A stretch of 63,634 nt of DNA, filler included, from Sphacelaria rigidula (taxonomy: Eukaryota), in NCBI GenBank assembly GCA_964200075.2. It is 9 parts of 9 records of this genome, joined end to end, with 100 filler letters (N's around TTAATTAATTAA, not from the genome) between each part and the next. Parts side by side here need not be neighbours in the genome. Positions count along the whole stretch, not along the records: positions 49,573 to 56,553 come from CAXNAA020017101.1; positions 56,654 to 63,634 come from CAXNAA020017102.1; 7 more parts are not named here. One strand, 5' to 3'. Below are positions 54,250 to 63,634 of the stretch, in pieces. Each line of letters starts with the position of its first letter. Position 1 is the first letter of the stretch. The notes beneath the pieces are model-generated. The model worked only from the letters and a program-made list of their open reading frames with translations, did not search any database and had not been told where the DNA came from. The translations under genes and the position numbers were made by a program.

Positions 54250-55600
54250 AGCATTCCACATGGCCACAATTCCATGCGTGTCCCCCCCGCACGTCGATCT
54301 TAGTGAACCGGTTCACCGATGGTCCCGTGGGATGTTCGCCTTTGCCGCCAGGCTCGAAGACGGCAGTTCGATATCCTGACAGGCACGTCGAACGGATGGC
54401 GTGTGTCGATGCATCTCGAGGTCTCATTCGGCAACCCTAGATCTTTTTGACTGAATGTGCCCAGACGTTGGTGTTCTGGTTGACCGTCGGTCAGGACCCG
54501 CGGTTTCCACGGGAGAAGCCAACTATTGACGAGCGTGCGCGGTTGCGCTGCTCGTTGATTTCATGCTCCCTTTTGTACACGGCATGCCTAGCGCACCTTT
54601 GACAGACGCTTGGCGGGTAACAGAAAGTTCGTTCAGCTCAGACGATGGAGAATACACGCACGAAGCAATACGATGGAATACAAAGTCAGACTTCCGGCAT
54701 CTAAACGGCCAGCCTTCTCAACCGTCCGTGTAGGCACGCGTTACATGATTGTGCACCAATTTCGCAGATGGCCTCGAACCACTACCACCGCAGTACACGC
54801 GCGGGGTAGAACGGGATAAACACGTGTCCTCCCCTTCAGAGCGCACGTGCCGCACATACGGTAAACACCCATTTACTTCAGAGTATATGCGTGCCAACCT
54901 GACGTATCATATCCGTTCATTCAGCACGTCTTTGCCAGACGTACGTCAACTGCGTGTTCATCCCAGAAACATGTGTTCGACAAAGGTGGAGGATTATGCG
55001 TTCACCGGAGGATATATTTGTCCAAAACAGGCAGGATATTACGTGACTACGCTTCGAGAATGCTTCAACCATCCGCAAGTATTCCGTCACTCAACCACAA
55101 CTTTCCACAACGTTCTGTCTGGTGTAGGTGAGTTGACCACATTGTCCCCTTGTCTGGCATCTGCCGGTTTCGAGAGTTGCCCTATAGATGAGGACGTTAA
55201 CCGCAACGATCATCTTCATGCTGGCGTCATCTAGAATGTTTGTATCAATAGTCCACAGTCGTGGTAAACTCATCCAATAGGTGTCGATACACTGTTCGGG
55301 AAGTCTTGCTGTATTCCCCACCTATTTCGCGCCCGTCAAACATTCAGCGCTTTGCTGACATCACACTCCGACGCCGGCGGAAGGAGGATAGAAAACCGGG
55401 CACGCCATATCAACTAAGGAAAGGCGATGATATTCGTTCCTTCGGACGGCACCCTTTTGGACACGAAAATAAAAGATACACACACAGGGTGGCACATGTG
55501 CATGTATCTGGGATTGGCCAGATATGTACACTGCCCTGTGCGTGTGCATATACCAGGTTTGGCACCGAAAGTCAAGTGATTGGCTCTCGACAGGGGGACA
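54250..55600 (-). pseudogene. Possible very old hAT transposase relic
   Basis: HMCH (CxxH-like) near 55500 and CIDTYWMS (TRWNS-like) near 55280 occur in the expected order; many stops and frameshifts. Confidence 0.3.
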
Positions 55601-56185
55601 AACCGCAGTCGAGGGCGCAAGACATCCTTGTTCTATTTTCAGATATTGAATAGAACAGTATCAGGGCAGATCACGATAATAGTTCGAAACCTGGTCAGGT
55701 ATCTGCGAGCACAGGACGGCTTTCTCAAATGTGCAAACGTTGACAGATCCCCCAAGTTCGTTCGGTATTCTGCCAGCGTGGAGCAGCTACCCCAAACGGT
55801 GGTAGGTGTGCTGCAGCTCCTGAGTTGGGGAATTTCGCGTGCATCATGCTAGATGGACCCCGACATGGTATCATGCTTTCAAGTTTTCGTGCTCTCATTT
55901 TACACTCATCATGTCAATGCTATTTTGATTTCAATCCGACTTTCGTACTGTTGGAGACGTCCGATTTGCGGGAATCGCCGTGGGCAGCAGGGTTTGAGTC
56001 GGGGGAGTGAGGGTTTACGTAGCGTCGTTGGATGGAGTGCAGGTAGCCCCTGTTCTTGCGCTTCATGTGCAGACTAATGTCGAAATAGTCCCCCCGACAA
56101 AAAGTGCACCGAAGACCGTTCAATGAACCGACTGCGATCCCGCTATTGGGCTTGTTTGCAGCAATTTCGCCCACATGAGAGGGGT

Positions 56186-56223
56186 GTTATTGTTATTGTT
56201 ATGTTTATTATTATTAGTATTAT

Positions 56224-56294
<71 letters not shown>

Positions 56295-56300
56295 TTTTTA

Positions 56301-56350
<50 letters not shown>
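56186..56350. repeat. Compound microsatellite (TAG)n(TAT)n
   Basis: Read directly; it generates the poly-S/I/L/V pseudo-ORFs. Confidence 0.97.
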
Positions 56351-56351
<1 letters not shown>

Positions 56352-57063
56352 CCATCACATCAGCTCGATCTCTCGAACCTGTGCTCACTGAGTGCAAGGA
56401 GCATACCACCAGTATACCCATAACCCAAACAGCCCGCAGGAGAAGGCAAGAAACAAAAACATCTTCACGAAAAAAAGGCACCCACACTACGAAAGATCCG
56501 TATAAGACCGATTAAACTACAGGAGACCTGCTTGTACTGGAATCAGTCCCCTCNNNNNNNNNNNNNNNNNNNNNNNNNNNNNNNNNNNNNNNNNNNNTTA
56601 ATTAATTAANNNNNNNNNNNNNNNNNNNNNNNNNNNNNNNNNNNNNNNNNNNNCCCCCTGGGAATCCCGTAGTGCACGGCGGAGACGCCAAAAGGGGCGG
56701 GGAAGATCCCGTAACCCCCCGCTTCTGCTGGTGGGTTCTCGCGCACACGGAACTGGGATTGCGACCAAAACCTTCATCTCCAACCGTGCGGACTTGACCT
56801 CTCCATTGGGAGGGTGGTGTATTGTACACCTCACCGTCGCCACCGCCGCCGCCGTACGTGAAGCCACCCGCCACTTCGTGTCCCCGGGCACAACTAATGC
56901 CAGGCGAACTGCAGTCGCCGCTCATGGTTATCCGCTTTGAACGATGTGCGCCGTCCTCGTTGTGGTTGCTGTGAGGCAGTAACCCACGCGAAGACAACTC
57001 TCCGCCTACTCTGCTCCCGCCTGCTGGCAACACTTCTGCTCCCACCTGAGTTTTCCTCTCCTT

Positions 57064-57195
57064 CTACGGGATTCTCGGAGGCAAACGCTCTGCCCCCTGC
57101 CGTGGGGTGTACTGATGATCAGGCCATGCGCATGGCCTGATCATGAGTACACCCCACGGCAGGGGGCAGAGCGTTTCCCTCGGGGAATCCTGTAG
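57064..57195. repeat. 132-bp spacer-less palindrome within a ~522-bp-period direct repeat
   Basis: 66-bp arms with 5 mismatches, centre CATGC|GCATG; 56654-56810 is repeated at ~57177-57331. Confidence 0.9.
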
Positions 57196-57749
57196 TGCAC
57201 GGGGGAGACGCAAAAAGGGGCGGGGAAGATCCCGTAACCCCCCGCTTTTGCCGGTGGGTTCTCGTGCACACAGAACTGGGATTGCGGCCATAGCCTTTAA
57301 CTCCAACCGTGCAGACTTGACCCCTCCATTGTCGCCTACGCCAGGGGAGGGTAATGATGCCGAGAGTGCGGGCGAGACGGGTGAGGATGGCGACGAAGCT
57401 GCTAGTCAGAACGGTGCCGAACGAGGAGACGCTATCTGTAGCGACGGCGTTGCCGATCGTGACGATGAGCAGTTGGTGATTGGCCCGAGCGAGCGGGTGG
57501 GAAAAACTGTGAGAGCAAGGAATGGTGCTTTAATGTGTCTGGAAATCGGGGTATATTGTATAGTGTGGACGACATAAGAGACGTGCATACTGTCGCCCAA
57601 GACGTACACGATGAGGAACGAAACAAGAGCAAATAGACAGAGAATGTGGGTAAATAGCGGTCCGGAGCGAGCACATGTACGCAGGTACATATGGTGAGGA
57701 AGGACGTCGAGCGAAAGCGACGAGATGCACGGTACTGTCACGCAAAAGG

Positions 57750-59150
57750 ATCAAGGTTGCACCAAAAGTACAGTCGTAGGTCCTTATTGCCATGCACCTG
57801 TAACGGGTGAGTTCCAAATGTAAAGAAAACGCTTTAGTTGCACACGCGGCGGATGAAAAACCGCCCTTCCCCCCAGTGTGTTCGATCGGAGCAGGCCTGG
57901 ATACCCACGATAACTTACTCGCGTGGTGAGCATATTTGTCTCCATGTGTTCGAGCAAGCTGGACTGCCTGTATGACGCATGCACTTGCGAGAGAAGTGGG
58001 CGCACAGCCTGAAGTTTTCCTTCCGTAAGTGATACAGCTTCACATGAAGCATCAATTGCACCGGTAGCCCCGATGGAGGTGGATGGATGGTGCACCTCCG
58101 TTTTGCCGTGGTGTTTCGCACGAACGACGTCGTCTCGCCCTCAACACCCCATCCTCATACTTGCGTTGGTCGTCGTAACTCGACACCAGTATTGTTGGTG
58201 GGTAGCATAGGTGACGAAGTCGAACACCCTGTGCCGTGAAAAAGGCAGCAAAGTGTGAGTTGTCCCGCGCAATCTCTATTCGTTTCAGATACATTCGTCA
58301 GAATTTTCTCGCCGTGTGTCGCCCCTACCCTCCATGTGGACACGCCCCTCAAGAAACGGATCAGGCGGAAACAACGCGTATAGGCTAGTTGCACTGCACA
58401 TGAATCAAGTAGTCTCTACCGCGAGAACAAACCCAAATAGCGATATTTTCGTTCTCAACAATGCGCTTGTGTTTGTGAAGGTGGAAGCTGTTGTAGTAGC
58501 AGCAGTATCGTACCAAAGGGGTAGGAGCACTCGTGGGCTCGTGTTCGTCGTGTAGTCGACGCTCAGTATAGCCGAACCTGTGCTATATATTCTTTTTTCT
58601 CTCACTCTCGTTTGGATATGTGCCGCTTCTCATGTGATGTTTTGCGCAGATCTTGCTCCGCTTGGACCGCGGCAGAATTTATCGACTGGCCCGGTCGGAC
58701 CAACGAGGCGGCAAAAAGTGGGTCAAGGCTACAGGAGTAGGCGCCCTTGTCGTGAGCCAGGCCGAAAGCGGAGTGACATAAGTCGTGCTATGGGAGGGTA
58801 TGCTGCACCATGTGCGCGCGTGTTCGGACAAATGTGCCTGTACCGGCAAGAGTGTAGCATTTTGCTCTGCTTCGAACAGGTCTTCCTGTGTCAGGTCGTA
58901 TGGGTGGCACGCACATAGACTTCCCCTCCAACCAAACCTGCTCGCACAATCTTGAACCTGAGCCGGACGTGGATCACTTGAGTGAAAATTCCCGAAGGTA
59001 CCGACGGAATATCCACTCGGGTCGCTAACCGTCCTTTCGCACCACATTCCGCATGATTCTCCGACAGAGAAACGATGAAACATGCTAACGACTCCAGTCT
59101 GGCTCCACCGAAACCGTCCCAATGTTGCGCTAGTTTGTCCCCGCCGCCCC
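57750..59150 (-). pseudogene. hAT transposase relic (DUF659-type core and C-terminal dimerisation motif)
   Basis: WRGSLCACHPYDLTQEDL resembles W.PCAAHCLDLMLEDI; a WDG motif lies upstream (~59115) and SSAACATKAFS (SSA.CER.FS-like) plus FWCNL downstream (~57850-57755). Confidence 0.55.
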
Positions 59151-62100
59151 ACCCCGTTTCGAGAGGGGTGCGTGATCAATGGGCAAATGAATATAGCATG
59201 CATGATTATGAGTACACCCCCCCCGGTCTCTCAAGAGGCTGCAGCCGCCAGTAGCTCTCGGTGGTGACGTTGCCGCGCTCGTCTGGAGATACGTCGAGAT
59301 AACGCTGGGTCCTGGTGTAGACCTGTGGTCCCTTCAAGTAGAGTTGGGTCGAGAGTAGCAGCCACGTCGCAGCTCGGTGGCTCCTACATGGTACACTACC
59401 AACACGTGGGTCGAGATGTGCCCACCAACCAACCTGTTCGAGGTTTCGCCTGCTGTCCCTTCTTGGTCGTACATGAGCGAGGTTTGGTTTTTGTGAGGGT
59501 CCAACTAGTAAGAGTCTACTGCAGGCGTCTCATAACGATGCGACACATCTCATAAAATGTTCCAGAACGGATCCCAAACGGAAGCTACCTGCCTCCATTT
59601 CCTGCGTTGAAATATACCAGGAAGTCATCAATCCGCTTGCGTCTCTTGACGTCTTATCACTTGGCATCATGGAATCAAAGCAGTTTATAAGTGCCGTGTC
59701 ATGTGCGCAGTGGTATCACCCGCCAAGCACGTCAGCCATTAATGAACCTATTTGTTAATGAATCTCGTTGCTTACACCTACGTATCTGCCGTTCCGTTTC
59801 TCCCGCTTCGTCAGACTATCACGATGAATATGGTCGTGTCGGGGATGGCGCGAGTAGACGAGGAGGACAAGAGCGTCTTGTTGTGCGCTCGCCCCGTAGA
59901 CCTACAGAACAGCCCGGGGGCAGAAGAGCCGTTTCGTGTCAGGACCGAGGGGTCGCAACATGCTGTGCAGCTGGGCGCCCTCCTGCCGCTGCACACGCAA
60001 CTCGGCTGACGAGATCCCGCCAGCGTGATGGGAGGATACCTCCGCGTTCACCTGTGCAGCGGCTGTTATCCCCCACCATCTAGATACGTGTGTGTGGCGT
60101 TGCAGACTGTATCGTTGTGCTCTGTTGTCTGTTGGACACATCACCTATTCATCACACAAACCTTCCCGCCCTCCGCGTATAGAGTGACCCTTATTTCGCA
60201 CCAAAATTCTGTGGCTGCACCAGTCCGCTCGAAGCGCATTGGTAGGGCGTATGTCCAGAGCTTTTGTCGGCATGTGCAAGAGACCTTTTCGAGCTGTCGA
60301 GAGCCAAAGGCATCGTAGTCCGTGTAGTAGCAGAGTACGCATAGCAGGCTTAGGATGGGGCTGCGGTTAGGTTAGGAGATCGTAGACCCTGTTCTTAGCC
60401 TCAGCTCCTACTCCCACAGCCAAAGACGTGCAGGTTATGGGTAATCCTGTCCCTTCAGGGGGTTGATATCTGAAGATTATGGGATACTTGAAGACGAGGC
60501 GGCTGGGGCTAAAGTCCTGCTCCTTCTCGACCTTGTCCAAGCATTGGTCATACCCGTGTGATGCCGCAACTGCAATGCACTTGAGGGGTGTATACGTTGT
60601 TGGTCAGTTGTAGTTAGTTCTGAATATCTATCATCGTAGCAGAGGTGTGGAAAGCAGTGTCATTGTATGTCGCCGTAGTCGTTTTCAGCCACTACATGCT
60701 CGTGCTCCCTGTACACCCACCGAATTTAATGTGACGCTGTGATGCTGCGACGCCGTGGCGTTCTCTGGCTGCGCCACTGAATATTCCGTTTCACCAGTGC
60801 ACTGACAGGGTTATCCTTGCATGCTAGAGAAAGTTGGTGAGACGATGAGTGTACATTTTACCCCGTGAAGCGTATGTACACAGTGTATGGTGTGATGGGA
60901 TTGGGGAACGCAATGTAAACTTCATCTCAATACACCACGTACATACATTTCAACCTGGATGCGCCGACTATGCGCTTGTACACAGTGAATAGGGAAGCCG
61001 ATATCCGTGTAGAGCTTACGCTGTGTTCTATGTCATGGGTGCATGCTTTCGACTGTTTCCCTCGGACCAATCCACGCGTTTTCCCGTAAGCCGAACGTCT
61101 CGTTCGAGCCATCTCTCTCCGCCTCGGTGGGGCGCACGACTGAAGACGGATTGCGGGGGAGATCACGGTATCTTCAATATTGGCGTGTGCGCAATAACAA
61201 AGGCAGAAATACCCCGTGTCGTTCATGGGGTTACTGCGGGTCCTGACGTATGGTAGAAGGGAATACCACTGTCAGGCGTGTTCGTGGGGCGTTGCGACGT
61301 GCACCTTACGTCGCGGATTGTTGCTCGCTCCTGAGGCCACACCGCAGGGGGACAGCGCGTACACCACAACTCATCGTGATTTGAATGGGTTGCGTTCGAG
61401 CGGGCGCACTGTATAGACTGTTCCTGTGGTGTAGCGAAGTTTTATGTGCGGCGCGAGCTAGGGAAGCCAACCGGGTAGCGGTACGTTGGTCGTTGTCTAT
61501 TTTCTTCGGGCCGCAATGTCCCCTCCCCTTCCCCTTCTGGGCACTCACCTGTTCCTGCCTGTTTCTCCCTCCGTTCACCCGTGGACTGCGCCCTAGGTTT
61601 GTTGTTCCATTACCTATTCATACTCTCCATCATACTTTTGTAACCTATTCCGACACCTTTCTTGTCACCATCCTTTCCCACTCCTTGCTCGCGCTCTGTT
61701 TTAGTGTGACTCGGCAGTGCTCTCCCTTCCTTTCTACTTTTCCTCATGCCGAACAGTATAGTCCAACTCCATTGCATTTCATTATAAACTCTGTTCTCAT
61801 CCTATCGCTACGAACTCCGAATACCAGCACTCCTAGTACTTTACCCTTTCACTCGTTACTTATCCATCCGCCGTTCCTTACCTTTTCCCTCTCCATTTGT
61901 TTCGAGAGAGTCTCCAGCTTAATCGATTCGAGTGTATTTGTGGGCATGTAATCAAGCTAATGGGACATCCCAATCCTAGTACTTGTTGGAGGTCTGGTGC
62001 CTTTTAGTTCTTTTGCTGGCTCGCCGACACTTCATACTGCACGCGACGCGGGCTCGTAGCCTGAAGCCAAGTTCGACACCTTTGACACAAGTACCCCATC

Positions 62101-62889
62101 ATTGCGCCAGGCGATCTTCATGTCAAACCATCCAGGTATTCCACGATCGTATCTTTTATCTTTTTGACCCGCTGCTAGGTATTCCACGATCGTATCTTCT
62201 ATCCTCTTGCCCCGCTGCTGTGCTGGTTACTTCCCTCCAGGGAGGTCATTTTTACCGTGTAAGGTTCAAGGGCGGCTTGCATAACACAAGGTTTTACTCA
62301 CATCGGGATGTCCCGTACATCACTTTTCCCACTCCGTGTACGGTTCACCATGGGTCGCTACTCCACTAATGCTTCCGTGTAAAACTTCGCTGCCGAAAGC
62401 TTTGCCAACGATTTTCCCACACTTTGTACCAGCTTCTACCCTTAAAGATCTCAAGAAGTCCACGTACCGCCTGGTGCTCCTTCTCGTAGGTCATGTGGTC
62501 GGTCATCGGTAAGGTGTTTCTTTCATGAGTGCAGTAGGTCTTGACGTTTATGTCGTGCATTATTCGCCCCTTCCCTTCATTGGGCGCCTTTTGCACCTTA
62601 TGTCGACATTTGAAGGAAATTGCTGATCAGATTTCGACCGCCTACAGGGAACCGGTAAGGATTTACGGGTATCTCACCATGAGATCCCAACCTTCACGTG
62701 AATTTAACGTGGAGGGGGTGATGACCCTACCCTATCCGTGGTTATCATGTATTTTGCATCCTCGGTTGGCATGGTAAACCTTCACGCTATTACTTACTTG
62801 TCTAGGTTTTGATTTACTCTTGTCTTACCTTTGTTGTGATATGGGGGGAAGAATCTCGGTTACTTCCCGTCTTGACATGGGAAAGCATA

Positions 62890-63435
62890 TATGTTTTTCT
62901 CAGTACTTTACGTCTATATCCGGGCTGTGTCATGGGAGGTTAAAGAAAAAAAATGTTTAGCTTCTCTATTCCATGTCTATGTCCGGACTGTGTCACGGTA
63001 AGTTAAGGGGGAAAGGGAGTTAACTTCTCTATCCCATGTCTATGTGCGGGCTTTGTTTTGGTACTTGGAAGAAAAAGAAGGGGGAGCTTCTTCACTTCAT
63101 GTCCATGTCCGGGTTGTGCTATGGTAGGGTAAGAGGAAAGGATGGTTAGCTTTTATATTCCATGTCCATGTCCGGGCTGTGTTATGGTAGGTTAGATAAA
63201 AGGCAGGGTCAGCTTTTCTATTTCATGTCTATATCCGGCCTGTGTTATGGTGAGTTAAAGAGAAAGGATGATCAGCTTCTTTGTGTCATGAATATGTCCG
63301 GGCTGTGTCATGGTAGGTTGAAGAAAATGCAGGGTTAGCTTCTGTATATTATGTCTATGTCCGGGCTGTGTTCTAGTAGGTTCAAGAAAAAGCAGGGTTA
63401 GCTCCTCTATTCCATGTCTATCTCCAGGCTGTTGT
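62890..63435. repeat. 63-bp minisatellite, ~9 units
   Basis: Core ATGTCTATGTCCGGGCTGTG at 62910, 62973, 63036, 63099, 63162, 63225, 63288, 63351, 63414. Confidence 0.93.
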
Positions 63436-63634
63436 TATGTGATAGATATCGCTGTTGCTGAGTTGTTTCTGGTGTGAGCAGCGGGTACGAGTAGTGCATT
63501 TCTTGAGCAGATAAATTAGCGCCCACATGATCAGCTGTCAGCTGTGTCGTTTTGGAGGCACAAGTAACAGCCGATTTTCGAAAATGGGGTTGAAAATAAA
63601 TGAGGTTCAACTCAAAAGCCGTGCTTTCCCTGAC

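Noticed and set aside
56123-56515. Poly-Ser/Ile/Leu/Val membrane proteins
   Set aside because: Translations of a microsatellite.

Overview
Eukaryotic, transposon-dominated DNA, most likely from a brown alga (inferred from intron style, the GGAI-repeat gene, CCCTAA repeats and the retroelement types). The window is not one locus: it is nine contigs of 6982 bp (x5) and 6981 bp (x4) joined by identical 100-bp linkers (N44-TTAATTAATTAA-N44), which looks like a length-sorted concatenation, so adjacency across linkers means nothing. It contains degenerate Ty1/copia elements (contigs 1 and 3), Ty3/gypsy remnants (contigs 1 and 4), probable hAT and LINE relics, and many non-autonomous TIR families whose target-site duplications (TSDs) can be read directly. 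One real host gene fragment is present and absent from the ORF track: four minus-strand exons (38568-41630) that splice into a GGAI/FxxN beta-helix-repeat protein. The most unusual object is a ~573-bp element (33779-34351) whose long TIRs each combine a terminal ~90-bp hairpin with an inward-facing tRNA-like Pol III promoter. No database search was possible, so novelty is untested.
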